A stretch of DNA of 64,000 nt from Eledone cirrhosa (taxonomy: Eukaryota): assembly GCA_964016885.1 (NCBI GenBank), contig OZ024756.1, positions 8,060,001 through 8,124,000 of the forward strand, in the 5' to 3' direction. A program made the translations under genes and the position numbers. Below are positions 33,001 to 50,500 of the stretch, piece by piece (positions within the stretch are counted from its first letter, which is position 1; each line of letters starts with the position of its first letter). The notes under the pieces are model-generated. The model did not search any database. It was not told the origin of the DNA and saw only the letters and a program-made list of their open reading frames with translations.

Positions 33001-36000
33001 TATATATATCACACTCTCTACATTATATAATCTATAGTCTTACTATATCACACTCTGTATATTATCTAATCTATAGTCTTACTATATATATCACACTCTC
33101 TACCTTATCTAATCTATAGTCTTACTATATCACACTCTGTACATTATCTAATCTATAGTCTTACTATATATATCACACTCCCTACATTATCTAATCTATA
33201 GTCTTACTATATATATCACACTCTCTACATTATCTAATCTGTAGTCTTAGTATATATATCACACTCTCTGACATATCTAATCTATAGTCTTACTATATCA
33301 CACTCTCTACATTATCTAATCTATAATCTTACTATCTATATCTCACTCTATACATTATGTAATCTATAGGCTTACTCTATATATCTCACTGTCTACATTA
33401 TCTAATCTATAGTCTTACTATATCACACTCCCTACATTATCTAATCTTTAGTCTTACTATATATATGACACTCTCTACATTATCTAATATATAGTATTAC
33501 TATATCACACTCTGTACATTATCTAATCTATAGTCTTACTCTATATATCACACTCTGTACATTATCTAATCTATAGTCTTACTATATATATCTCACTCTC
33601 TTCTTTATCTAATCTATAGTCTTACTATATCACACTCGGTACATTATCTAATTTATAGTCTTACTATATATATCACACTCTCTACATTATCTAATATATA
33701 GTCTTACTATATCACACTCGGTACATTATTTAATCTATAGTTTTACTATATTACACTCTGTAAATTATCTAATCTATAGTCTTACTATATATATCACACT
33801 CTCTACATTATCTAATCTATAATGTTACTATATATATTACACTCTCTACATTATCTAATTAATAGTCTTAATATATCATTCTCCCTACATTATTTAATCT
33901 TTAGTCTTACTATATATATCACACTCTCTACATTATCTAATCTATAGTCTTAGTATATCACACTCTATACATTATCTAATCTATAGTCTTTCTATATCAT
34001 ACTCTCTACATTATCTAATCTATAGTCTTACTATACATATCACAATCTCTAGCTTATCTAATCTATAGCCTTACTATATCTCACTCTCTACATTATCTAA
34101 TCTATAGTCTTAATATATCACACTCTCTACATTATCTAATCTATAGTCTTACTATATATATCACTCTCTCTACATTATCTAATCTATAGTCTTACTATAT
34201 ATATCTCACTCTCGACCTTATCTAATCTATAGTTTTACTATATCACATTCTCTATTTTATATAATCTATAGTCATACTATATATATCACACTCTGTACAT
34301 TATCTAATCTATAGTCTTACTATATATATCTGACTCTCTACTTTATCTAATCTATAGTCTAAATATATCACACTCTCTATATTATCTAATCTATAGTCTT
34401 AATATATATATCTCACTCTCTACATTATCTATTCTATGGTCTTACTATAAATGCCTCACTCTCTACATTATCTTATCTATAGTCTCACTAGATTAAACTA
34501 TAGTCTTACTATATATATCTCACTCTCTACATTATCTAATCTATAGTCTTACTATATCACACTCTGTATATTATCTAATCTATAGTCTTACTATATATAT
34601 CACACTCTCTACCTTATCTAATCTATAGTCTTACTATATCACATTCTGTACATTATCTAATCTATTGTCTTACTATATCAAACTCTTTACATTATTTAAT
34701 CTATAGTCTTACTATATCACACTCTATACATTATCTAATCTATGGTCTTACTATATCACACTCTCTACCTTATCTAGTCTATAGTCTTACTATATCATTC
34801 TCCTTACATTATCTAATGTTTAGTCTAAACTATATATATCACACTCTCTACATTATCTAATGTATAATCTTACTATCTATATCTCACTGTCTACATTATC
34901 TAATCTATAGTCTTACTATATCACACTCCCTACATTATCTAATCTTTACTCTTACTATATATATATGACACTCTCTACATTATCTAATATATAGTATTAC
35001 TATATCACACTCTCTACATTATCTAATCTATAGTCTTACTATATATATCACACTCTCTACATTATCTAATATATAGTCTTACTATATCACACTCGGTACA
35101 TTATTTAATCTATAGTTTTACTATATCACACTCTGTACATTATCTAATCTATAGTCTTACTATATATATCACACTCTCTACATTATCTAACCTATGAACT
35201 TACTATATATATTACACTCTCTACATTATCTAATCTATAGTCTTACTATACATATCACACTCTGTAATTTATCTAATCTATAGCCTTACTATATCTCACT
35301 CTCTACATTATATAATCTATAGTCTTAATATATCACACACTCTACATTATCTAATCTATGGTCTTACTATATATATCACTCTCTCTACATTATCTAATAT
35401 ATAGTCTTACTATATATATCTCACTCTATACATTATCTAATCTATAGTCTTACTAAATCACACTCGGTACATTATTTAATCTATAGTCTTACTATATCAC
35501 ACTCTATACATTATCTAACGTATAGTCTTACTATATCACACTCTATACATTATCTAATCTATAGTATTACTCTATCAGACTCTCTACATTATCTACTCTA
35601 TAGTCTTAATATATATATCTCACTCTCTACATTGTTTAATCTACATTCTTACTATATCACACTCGGTACATTATTTAATCTATAGTCTTACTATATCACA
35701 CTCTGTACATTATCTAATCTATAGTCTTACTATATATATCACACTCCGTACATTATCTAATCTATAGTCTTAATATATATATCTCACTCTCTACATTATC
35801 TAATCTATGGTCTTACTATAAATGTCTCACTCTCTACATTATCTAAACTATAGTCTTACTAATCACACTCTGTATATTATTTAATCTATAGTCTTACCAT
35901 ATATATCACACTCTCTACCTTATCTAATCTATAGTCTTACTATATCACACTCTCTACATTATCTAATCTATAATCTTACTATATATATTACACTCTCTAC

Positions 36001-37619
36001 ATTATCTAATCTATAGTCTTAATATATCATTCTCCCTACATTATCTAATCTTTAGTCTTACTATATATATCACACTCTCTACATTATCTAATCTCTCGTC
36101 TTACTATATATCTCACACTCTCTACATTATCTAATCTATAGACTTACTATATATATCACACTCTCTACCTTATCTAATCTATAGTCTTAGTATATCACAC
36201 TCTATACATTATCTAATCTATAGTCTTTCTATATAATACTCTCTACATTATCTAATCTATAGACTTGCTATATATATCAAACTTTCTACATTATCTAATC
36301 TATAGTCTTACTATATATCTCACACTCTCTACATTATCTAATCTATAGACTTACTATACATATCACACTCTCTAGCTTATCTAATCTATAGCCTTACAAT
36401 ATCTCACTCTTTACATTATCTAATCTATAGTCTTAATATATCACACTCTCTACATTATCTAATCTATGGTCTTACTATATATATCACTCTCTCTACATTA
36501 TCTAATCTATAGGTCTTACTATATATATCTCACTGTCTGCATTATCTAATCTAGAGTCTTACTATATCACACTCTCTACATTATCTAATCTATAGTCTTC
36601 CTATATATATCACACTCTCTACTTATCTAATCTATAGTCTTACTTTATATATCTCACTCTCTACCTTATCTAATCTATAGTCTTACTATATCACACTCTC
36701 TACTTTATGTAATCTATAGTCTTACTATGTATATCTCACTCTCTACTTTATCTAATCTAGAGTCTTAATATATCACACACTCTACATTATCTGATCTATA
36801 GTCTTACTATATGTATCACACTCTATACATTATCTAATCTATGGTCTTACTATATATATCACACTGTCTACATTATCTAATCTATTGTCTTACTATATAT
36901 ATCACACTCTATACATTATCTAATCTATAGCCTTACTATATCACACTCTCTACTTTATATAATCTATAGTCTTACTATGTATATCTCACTCTCTACTTTA
37001 TCTAATCTATAGTCTTAATATATCACACACTCTACATTATCAGATCTATAGTCTTACTATATATATCACACTCTATACATTATCTAATCTATAGTCTTAA
37101 TATATCATTCTACCTACATTATCTAATCTTTAGTCTTACTATATATATCACACTCTCTACATTATCTAATGTATAGTCTTACTATATCACGCTCGATACA
37201 TTATCTAATCTATAATATTACTACATCAAACTCTCTACATTATCTAATCTATAGTCTTACTATATATATCTCACTCTCTACATTATCTAATCTATAGTCT
37301 TACTAATCACACTCTGTATATTATTTAATCTATAGTCTTACCATATATATCACATTCTCTACCTTATCTAATCTATAGTCTTACTATATCACACTCTCTA
37401 CATTATCTAATCTATAATCTTACTATATATATTACACTCTCTACATTATCTAATCTATAGTCTTAATATATCATTCTCCCTACATTATCTAATCTTTAGT
37501 CTTACTATATATATCACACTCTCTACATTATCTAATCTATAGTCTTAATATATCATTCTCCCTACATTATCTAATCTTTAGTCTTACTATATATATCACA
37601 CTCTCTACATTATCTAATC

Positions 37620-40600
37620 TATAGACTTACTATATGTATCACACTCTCTACATTATCTAATCTATAGTCTTAGTATATCACACTCTATACATTATCTAAT
37701 CTATTATAATTCTATATCATACTCTCTACAGTATCTAATCAATAGACTTGCTATATATATCACACTCTCTACATTATCTAATCTATCGTCTTACTATACA
37801 TATCACACTCTCTAGCTTATCTAATCTATAGCCTTTTTATATCTCACTCTCTACATTATCTAATCTATGGTCTTACTATATATATCACTCTCTCTACATT
37901 ATCTAATCTATAGTCTTACTATATATATCTCACTGTCTGCATTATCTAATCTATAGTCTTACTATATCACACTCTCTACATTATCTAATCTATAGTCTTA
38001 CTATATATATATCACACTTGGTACATTATCTAATCTATAGTCTTACTATATCACACTCGGTACATTATTTAATCTATATTCTTACTATATCACACTCTGT
38101 ACATTATCTAATGTATAGTCTTACTATATCACACTCTATACATTATCTAATCTATAGTATTACTATATCAGACTCTCTACATTATCTAATCTATAGTCTT
38201 ACTATATATATCTCACTCTCTACATTATTTAATCTACATTCTTACTATATCACACTCGGTACATTATTTAATCTAATGTCTTACTATATCACACCCTGTA
38301 CATTATCTAATCTATAGTCTTACTATATATATCACACTCCCTACATTATCTAATCTATAGTCTTAATATATAAATCTCACTCTCTACTTTATCTAATCTA
38401 TGGTCTTACGCTAAATGTCTCACTCTCTACATTATCTAATCTATAGTCTCACTAGATTAAACTATAGTCTTACTATATCTATCTCACTCTCTACGTTATC
38501 TAATCTATAGTCTTACTATATCACACTCTGTATATAATCTAATCTATAGTCTTGCTATATATATCACACTCTCTACATTATCTAATCTATAGTCTTACTA
38601 TATCACACTCTCTACATCATCTAATCTATAATCTTACTATATATATTACACGCTCTACATTATCTAATCTATAGACTTGCTATATATATCACACTCTCTA
38701 CATTATCTAATCTATAGTCTTACTATACATATCACACTCTCTAGCTTATCTAATCTATAGCCTTACTATATCTAACTCTCTACACTATCTAATCTATAGT
38801 CTTAATATATCACACTCTCTACATTATCTAATCTATGGTCTTACTATATATATCACTCTCTCTACATTATGTAATCTATAGTCTTACTATATATATCTCA
38901 CTGTCTGCATTATCTAATCTATAGTCTTACTATTTATATCACACTCTCTACATTATCTAATCTATAGTCTTACTATATATATCTCACTCTCTACCTTATC
39001 TAATCTATAGTCTTACTATATCACACTCTCTACTTTATATAATCTATAGTCTTACTATGTATATCTCACTCTCTACTTTATCTAATCTATTGTCTTAATA
39101 TATCACACACTCTACATTATCTGATCTATAGTCGTACTATATATATCACACTCTATATATTATCTAATCTATGGTCTTACTATATATATCGCACTGTCTA
39201 CATTATCTAATCTATTGTCTTACTATATATATCACACTCTATACAGTATCTAATCTATAGTCTTACTATATCACACTCGGTACATTATTTAATCTATAGT
39301 ATTACTATATCAGTCTCTCTACATTATCTAATCTATAGTCTTACTATATATATCTCACTCTCTACATTATTTAATCTACATTCTTACTATATCACACTCG
39401 GTACATTATCTAATCTATAGTCTTACTATATATATCACACTCCCTACATTATCTAATCTATAGTCTTAATATATATATCTCACTCTCTACATTATTTAAT
39501 CTAGAGTCTTACTATATCACACTCTGTATATTATCTAATCTATATGCTTACTATATATATCACACACTCTACCTTATCTAATCTATAGTCTTACTATATC
39601 ACACTCTCTACATTATCTAATCTATAATCTTACTATATATATTAAACTCTCTACATTATCTAATCTATAGTCTTAATATATCATTCTCCCTACATTATCT
39701 AATCTATAGTCTTACTATGTATCTCACACTCTCTACATTATCTAATCTATAGACTTACTATATATATCAAACTCTCTACATTATCTAATCTATAGTCTTA
39801 GTATATCACAGTCTTTACATTATCTAATCTATAGTCTTTCTATATCATACTCTCTACATTATCTAATCTATAGACTTGCTATATATATCACACTCTCTAC
39901 ATTATCTAATCTATAGTCTTACTATACATATCACACTCTCTAGCTTATCTAATCTATAGTCTTACTATATCTCACTCTCTACATTATCTAATCTATAGTC
40001 TTAATATATCACACTCTCTACATTATCTAATCTATGGTCTTACTATATATATCACTCTCTCTACATTATCTAATCTATAGTCTTACTATATATATTTCAC
40101 TGTCTGCATTATCTAATCTATAGTCTTACTATATCACACTCTCAACATTATCTAATCTATAGTCTTACTATATTTATCACACTCTCTACATTATCTAATC
40201 TATAGTCTTACTATATATATCTCACTCTATACCTTATCTAATCTATAGTCTTAATATATCACACTCTCTATTTTATATAATCTATAGTCTTACTATGTAT
40301 ATCTCACTCTCTACTTTATTTAATCTATAGTCTTAATATATCACACACTCTACATTATCTGATCTATAGTCTTACTATATATATCACACTCTATACATTA
40401 TCTAATCTTTGGTCTTACTATATATATCACACTGTCTACATTATCTAATCTATAGACTTACTATATATATCACACTCTCTACATTATCTAATCTATAGTC
40501 TTAGTATATCACACTCTATACATTGTCTAATCTATAGTCTTTCTATATCATACTCTCTACATTATCTAATCTATAGTCTTACTATACATATCACACTCTC

Positions 40601-41230
40601 TAGCTTATCTAATCTATAGCCTTATTATATCTCACTCTCTACATTATCTAATCTATGGTCTTACTATATATATCACTCTCTCTACATTATCTAATCTATA
40701 GTCTTACTATATATATCTCACTGTCTGCATTATCTAATCTATAGTCTTACTATATCACACTCTCTACATTATCTAATCTATAGTCTTACTATATATATAT
40801 CACACTTGGTACATTATCTAATCTATAGTCTTACTATATCACACTCGGTACATTATTTAATCTATATTCTTACTATATCACACTCTGTACATTATCTAAT
40901 GTATAGTCTTACTATATCACACTCTATACATTATCTAATCTATAGTATTACTATATCAGACTCTCTACATTATCTAATCTATAGGCTTACTATATATATC
41001 TCACTCTCTACATTATTTAATCTACATTCTTACTATATCACACTCGGTACATTATTTAATCTAATGTCTTACTATATCACACCCTGTACATTATCTAATC
41101 TATAGTCTTACTATATATATCACACTCCCTACATTATCTAATCTATAGTCTTAAAATATATATCTCACTCTCTACTTTATCTAATCTATGGTCTTACGCT
41201 AAATGTCTCACTCTCTACATTATCTAATCT
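37620..41230 (+). repeat. Block duplication of ~0.8 kb (~37620-38440 vs ~40450-41230), offset 2788
   Basis: Near-identical pseudo-ORFs at 38018/40806. CGCTAAATGTC at 38409/41197. Confidence 0.88.
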
Positions 41231-41599
41231 ATGGTATTACTATATATATCACACTGTCTACATAATCTAATCTATTGTCTTACTATATATATCACACTCT
41301 ATACATTATCTAATCTATAGTCTTACTATATCACACTCGCTACATTATTTAATCTATAGTATTACTATATCAGACTCTCTACATTATCTAATCTATAGTC
41401 TTACTATATATATCTCACTCTCTACATTATTTAATCTACATTCTTACTATATCACACTCGGTACATTATTTAATCTATAGTCTTACTATATCACACTCTG
41501 TATATTATCTAATCTATAGTCTTACTATATATATCACACTCTCTACCTTATCTAATCTATAGTCTTACTATATCACACTCTTACATTATCTAATCTTTA

Positions 41600-44500
41600 G
41601 GCTTACTATATATATCACACTCTCTATATTATCTAATCTATATTCTTACTATATATCTCACACTCTCTACATTATCTAATCTATAGACTTACTATATATA
41701 TCACACTCTCTACCTTATCTAATCTATAGTCTCAGTATATCACGGTCTATACATTATCTAATCTATAGTCTTTCTATATCATACTCTCTACATTATCTAA
41801 TCTATAGTCTTGCTATATATATTACACTCTCTACATTATCTAATCTATAGTCTTACTATACATATCACACTCTCTAGCTTATCTAATCTATAGTCTTACT
41901 ATATCTCACTCTCTACATTATCTAATCTATAGTCTTTATATATCACACTCTCTACATTATCTAATCCATGGTCTTACTATATATATCACTCTCTCTACAT
42001 TATCTAATCTATAGTCTTACTATATATATCTCACTCTCTACATTATCTAATCTATGGTCTTACTATATATATCACACTGTCTACATTATCTAATCTATTG
42101 TCTTACTATATATATCTCACTCTCTACATTATCTAATCTATGGTCTTACTATATATATCACTCTCTCTACATTATCTAATCTATAGTCTTACTATATATA
42201 TCTCACTGTCTGCATTATCTAATCTATAGTCTTACTATATCACACCCTGTACATTATCTAATCTATAGTCTTACTATATATATTACGCTCTCTACATTAT
42301 CTAATCTATAGTCTTAATATATATATCTCACTCTCTACATTATCTAATCTATAGTCTTAATATATATATCTCACTCTCTACATTATCTAATCTATGGTCT
42401 TACTATAAATGTCTCACTCTCTACATTATCTAATCTATAGTCTTACTATAGCACACTCTGTATATTATCTAATCTATAGTCTTACTATATATATCACACT
42501 CTCTACCTTATATAATCTATAGTCTTACTATATCACACTCTTTACATTATCTAATCTATAATCTTACTATATATATTACACTCTCTACATTATCTAATCT
42601 ATAGTCTTAATATATCATTCTCCCTACAATATCTAATCTTTAGTCTTACTATATATATCACACTCTCTACATTATCTAATCTATAGTCTTACTATGTATC
42701 TCACACTCTCTACATTATCTAATCTATAGACTTACTATATATATGACACTCTCTACCTTATCTAATCTATAGTCTTAGTATATCACACTCTATACATTAT
42801 CTAATCTATAGTCTTTCTATATCATACTCTCTACATTATCTAATCTATAGTCTTACTATATCACACTCTCTACATTATCTAATCTATAGTCTTACTATAT
42901 ATATCACACTCTCTAGCTTATCTAATCTATAGCCTTACTATATCTCACTCTCTACATTATCTAATCTATAGTCTTAATATATCACACTCTCTACATTATC
43001 TAATCTATGGTCGTTCTATATATATCACTCTCTCTACATTATCTAATCTATAGTCTTACTATATATATCTCACTGTCTGCATTATCTAATCTATAGTCTT
43101 ATTATATCACACTCTCTACATTATCTAATCTATAGTCTTACTATATCACACTCTCTACTTTATATAATCTATAGTCTTACTATGTATATCTCACTCTCTC
43201 CTTTATCTAATCTATAGTCTTAATATATCACACACTCTACATTATCTGATCCATAGTCTTACTATATATATCACACTCTATACATTATCTAATCTATGGT
43301 CTTACTATATATATCACACTGTCTACATTATCTAATCTATTGTCTTACTATATATATCACACTCTATACATTATCTAATCTATAGTCTTACTATACATAT
43401 CACACTCTCTAGCTTATCTAATCTATAGCCTTATTATATCTCACTCTCTACATTATCTGATCTATAGTCTTATTATATATATCACACTCTATACATTATC
43501 TAATCTATGGTCTTACTATATATATCACACTGTCTACATAATCTAATCTATTGTCTTACTCTATATATCACACTCTATACATTATCTAATCTATAGTCTT
43601 ACTATATCACACTCGCTACATTATTTAATCTATAGTATTACTATATCAGACTCTCTACATTATCTAATCTATAGTCGTACTATATATATCTCACTCTCTA
43701 CATTATTTAATCTACATTCTTACTATATCACACTCGGTACATTATTTAATCTATAGTCTTACTATATCACACTCTGTACATTATCTAATCTATAGTCTTA
43801 CTATATATATCACACTCCCTACATTATCTAATATATAGTCTTAATATATATATCTCACTCTCTACATTATCTAATCTATAGTCTTACTATATCACACTCT
43901 GTATATTATCTAATCTATAGTCTTACTATATATATCACACTCTCTACCTTATCTAATCTATAGTCTTACTATATCACACTCTCTACATTATCTAATCTTT
44001 AGTCTTACTATATATATCACACTCTCTACATTATCTAATCTATAGTCTTGCTATATATCTCACACTCTCTACATTATCTAATCTATAGACTTACTATATA
44101 TATCACACTCTCTACCTTATCTAATCTATAGTCTTAGTATATCACGGTCTATACATTATCTAATCTATAGTCTTAATATATCTCACTCTCTACATTATTT
44201 AATCTACATTCTTACTATATAACACTCGGTACATTATTTAATCTATAGTCTTACTATATCACACTCTGTACATTATCTAATCTATAGTCTTACTATATAT
44301 ATCACACTCCCTACATTATCTAATATATAGTCTTAATATATATATCTCACTCTCTACGTTATCTAATCTATAGTCTTACTATATCACACTCTGTATATTA
44401 TCTAATCTATAGTCTTACTATATATATCACACTCTCTACCTTATCTAATCTATAGTCTTACTATATCGCACTCTCTACATTATCTAATCTTTAGTCTTAC

Positions 44501-47500
44501 TATATATATCACACTCTCTACATTATCTAATCTATAGACTTGCTATATATATTACACTCTCTACATTATCTAATCTATAGTATTACTATACATATCACAC
44601 TCTCTAGCTTATCTTATCTATAGTCTTACTATATCTCACTCTCTACATTATCTAATCTATAGTCTTAATATATCACACTCTCTACATTATCTAATCCATG
44701 GTCTTACTATATATATCACTCTCTCTACATTATCTAATCTATAGTCTTACTATATATATCTCACTGTCTGCATTATCTAATCTATATTCTTACTATATCA
44801 CACTCTCTACATTATCTAATCTATAGTCTTACTATGTATATCTCACTCTCTACTTTATCTAATCTATAGTCTTAATATATCACACACTCTACATTATCTG
44901 ATCTATAGTCTTCCTATATATATCACACTCTATACATTATCTAATCTATAGTCTTACTATATATATCACACTGTCTACATTATCTAATCTATTGTCTTAC
45001 TATATATATCACACTCTATACATTATCTAATCTATAGTCTTACTATATCACACTCGGTACATTATCTAAACTATAGTCTTACTATATCACACTCTGTACA
45101 TTATCTAATGTATAGTCTTACTATATCACACTCTATACATTATCTAATCTATAGTATTACTATATCAGACTCTCTACATTATCTAATCTATAGTCTTACT
45201 ATATATATCTCATTCTGTACATTATTTAATCTACATTCTTTCTACATCACACTCGGTACATTATTTAATCTATAGTCTTACTATATCACACTCTGTACAT
45301 TATCTAATCTATAGTCTTACTATATATATCACACTCCCTACATTATCTAATCTATAGTCTTAATATATATATCTCACTCTCTACATTATTTAATCTACAT
45401 TCTTACTATATCACACTCGGTACATTATTTAATCTATAGTCTTACTATATCACACTCTCTACATTATCTAATCTATAATCTTACTATATATATTACACTC
45501 TCTACATTATCTAATCTGTAGTCTTAATATATCAATCTCCCTACATTATCTAATCTTTAGACTTACTATATATATCACACTCTCTACGTTATCTAATCTA
45601 TAGTCTTACTATATATGTCACACTCTCTACATTATCTAATCTATAGACTTAATATATATATGACACTCTCTACCTTATCTAATCTATAGTCTTAGTATAT
45701 CACACTCTATTCATTATCTGATCTATAGTCTTTCTATATCATACTCTCTACATTATCTAATCTATAGACCTGCTATATATATCACACTCTCTACATTATC
45801 TAATCTATAGTCTTACTATACATATCACACTCTCTAGCTTATCTAATCTATAGCCTTACTATATCTCACTCTCTACATTATCTAATCTATGGTCTTACTA
45901 TATATATCACTCTCTCTACATTATCTAATCTATAGTCTTACTATATATATCTCACTGTCTGTATTATCTAATCTATAGTCTTACTATATCACCCTCTCTA
46001 CATTATCTAATCTATAGACTTACTATATATATCCCACTCTCTACATTATCTAATCTATAGTCTTACTATATATATCTCACTCTCTACCTTGTCTAATCTA
46101 TAGTCTTACTATATCACACTCTCTAATTTATATAATCCATAGTCTTACTATGTATATCTCACTCTCTACTTTCTCTAATCTATAGTCTTAATATATCACA
46201 CACTCTACATTATCTGATCTATAGTCTCACTATATATATCACACTCTATACATTATCTAATCTATGGTCTTACTATATATATCACGCTGTCTACATTATC
46301 TAATCTATTGTCTTACTATATATATCACAATCTATACATTATCTAAACTATACTCTTACTATAAATGTCTCACTCTCTACATTATCTAATCTATAGTCTC
46401 ACTAAATTAAACTATAGTCTTACTATATATATCTCACTCTCTACATTATTTAATCTATAGTCTTACTATATCACACTCTGTACATTATCAAATCTATAGT
46501 CTTACTATATATATCACACTCCCTAGATTATCTAATTTATAGTCTTAATATATATATCTCACTCTCTACATTATCTAATCTATGGTCTTACTATAAATGT
46601 CTCACTCTCTACATTATCTAATCTATAGTCTCACTAAATTAAACTATAGTCTTACTATATATATCTCACTCTCTACATTATCTAATCAATAGTCTTACTA
46701 TATCACACTCTGTATATTATCTAATCTATAGTCTTACTATATATATCTCACTCTCTACCTTATCTAATCTATAGTCTTACTATATCACACTCTCTTCTTT
46801 ATATAGTCTATAGTCTTACTATGTATATCTCACTCTCTACTTTATCTAATCTATACCCTTAATATATCACACACTCTACATTATCTAATCTATGGTCTTA
46901 CTATATATATCACACTGTCTACATTATCTAATCTATTGTCTTACTATATATATCACACTCTCTACATTATCTAATCTATAGTCTTACTATATCACACTCG
47001 GTACATTATTTAATCTATAGTCTTACTATATCACACTCTGTACATTATCTAATGTATAGTCTTACTATATCCACTCTATACATTATCTAATCTATAGTAT
47101 TACTATATCAGACTCTCTGCATTATCTAATCTATAGTCTTACTATATATATCTCACTCTCTACATTATTTAATCTACATTCTTACTATATCACACTTGAT
47201 ACATTAATTAATCTATAGTCTTACTATATCACGCTCTGTACATTATCTAATCTATAGTCTTACTATATATATCACACTCTCTATATTATCTAATCTATAT
47301 TCTTACTATATATCTCACACTCTCTACATTATCTAATCTATAGACTTACTATATATATCACACTCTCTACCTTATCTAATCTATAGTCTCAGTATATCAC
47401 GGTCTATACATTATCTAATCTATAGTCTTTCTATATCATACTCTCTACATTATCTAATCTATAGTCTTGCTATATATATTACACTCTCTACATTATCTAA

Positions 47501-50500
47501 TCTATAGTCTTACTATACATATCACACTCTCTAGCTTATCTAATCTATAGTCTTACTATATCTCACTCTCTACATTATCTAATCTATAGTCTTTATATAT
47601 CACACTCTCTACATTATCTAATCCATGGTCTTACTATATATATCACTCTCTCTACATTATCTAATCTATAGTCTTACTATATATATCTCACTCTCTACAT
47701 TATCTAATCTATGGTCTTACTATATATATCACACTGTCTACATTATCTAATCTATTGTCTTACTATATATATCTCACTCTCTACATTATCTAATCTATGG
47801 TCTTACTATATATATCACTCTCTCTACATTATCTAATCTATAGTCTTACTATATATATCTCACTGTCTGCATTATCTAATCTATAGTCTTACTATATCAC
47901 ACCCTGTACATTATCTAATCTATAGTCTTACTATATATATTACGCTCTCTACATTATCTAATCTATAGTCTTAATATATATATCTCACTCTCTACATTAT
48001 CTAATCTATAGTCTTAATATATATATCTCACTCTCTACATTATCTAATCTATGGTCTTACTATAAATGTCTCACTCTCTACATTATCTAATCTATAGTCT
48101 TACTATAGCACACTCTGTATATTATCTAATCTATAGTCTTACTATATATATCACACTTTCTACCTTATATAATCTATAGTCTTACTATATCACACTCTTT
48201 ACATTATCTAATCTATAATCTTACTATATATATTACACTCTCTACATTATCTAATCTATAGTCTTAATATATATATCTCACTCTCTACATTATCTAATCT
48301 ATAGTCTTAATATATATATCTCACTCTCTACATTATCTAATCTATGGTCTTACTATAAATGTCTCACTCTCTACATTATCTAATCTATAGTCTTACTATA
48401 TCACACTCTGTATATTATCTAATCTATAGTCTTACTATATATATCACACTCTCTACCTTATATAATCTATAGTCTTACTATATCACACTCTTTACATTAT
48501 CTAATCTATAATCTTACAATATATATTACACTCTCTACATTATCTAATCTATAGTCTTAATATATCATTCTCCCTACAATATCTAATCTTTAGTCTTACT
48601 ATATATATCACACTCTCTACATTATCTAATCTATAGTCTTACTATGTATCTCACACTCTCTACATTATCTAATCTATAGACTTACTATATATATGACACT
48701 CTCTACCTTATCTAATCTATAGTCTTAGTATATCACACTCTATACATTATTTAATCTATAGTCTTTCTATATCATACTCTCTACATTATCTAATCTATAG
48801 TCTTACTATACATATCACACTCTCTAGCTTATCTAATCTATAGCCTTACTATATCTCACTCTCTACATTATCTAATCTATAGTCTTAATATATCACACTC
48901 TCTACATTATCTAATCAATGGTCTTACTATATATATCACTCTCTCTACATTATCTAATCTATAGTCTTACTATATATATCTCACTGTCTGCATTATCTAA
49001 TCTATAGTCTTACTATACATATCACACTCTCTAGCTTATCTAATCTATAGTCTTACTATATCTCACTCTCTACATTATCTAATCTATAGTCTTTATATAT
49101 CACACTCTCTACATTATCTAATCCATGGTCTTACTATATATATCACTCTCTCTACATTATCTAATCTATAGTCTTACTATATATATCTCACTCTCTACAT
49201 TATCTAATCTATGGTCTTACTATATATATCACACTGTCTACATTATCTAATCTATTGTCTTACTATATATATCTCACTCTCTACATTATCTAATCTATGG
49301 TCTTACTATATATATCACTCTCTCTACATTATCTAATCTATAGTCTTACTATATATATCTCACTGTCTGCATTATCTAATCTATAGTCTTACTATATCAC
49401 ACCCTGTACATTATCTAATCTATAGTCTTACTATATATATTACGCTCTCTACATTATCTAATCTATAGTCTTAATATATATATCTCACTCTCTACATTAT
49501 CTAATCTATAGTCTTAATATATATATCTCACTCTCTACATTATCTAATCTATGGTCTTACTATAAATGTCTCACTCTCTACATTATCTAATCTATAGTCT
49601 TACTATAGCACACTCTGTATATTATCTAATCTATAGTCTTACTATATATATCACACTCTCTACCTTATATAATCTATAGTCTTACTATATCACACTCTTT
49701 ACATTATCTAATCTATAATCTTACTATATATATTACACTCTCTACATTATCTAATCTATAGTCTTAATATATATATCTCACTCTCTACATTATCTAATCT
49801 ATAGTCTTAATATATATATCTCACTCTCTACATTATCTAATCTATGGTCTTACTATAAATGTCTCACTCTCTACATTATCTAATCTATAGTCTTACTATA
49901 TCACACTCTGTATATTATCTAATCTATAGTCTTACTATATATATCACACTCTCTACCTTATATAATCTATAGTCTTACTATATCACACTCTTTACATTAT
50001 CTAATCTATAATCTTACAATATATATTACACTCTCTACATTATCTAATCTATAGTCTTAATATATCATTCTCCCTACAATATCTAATCTTTAGTCTTACT
50101 ATATATATCACACTCTCTACATTATCTAATCTATAGTCTTACTATGTATCTCACACTCTCTACATTATCTAATCTATAGACTTACTATATATATGACACT
50201 CTCTACCTTATCTAATCTATAGTCTTAGTATATCACACTCTATACATTATTTAATCTATAGTCTTTCTATATCATACTCTCTACATTATCTAATCTATAG
50301 TCTTACTATACATATCACACTCTCTAGCTTATCTAATCTATAGCCTTACTATATCTCACTCTCTACATTATCTAATCTATAGTCTTAATATATCACACTC
50401 TCTACATTATCTAATCAATGGTCTTACTATATATATCACTCTCTCTACATTATCTAATCTATAGTCTTACTATATATATCTCACTGTCTGCATTATCTAA

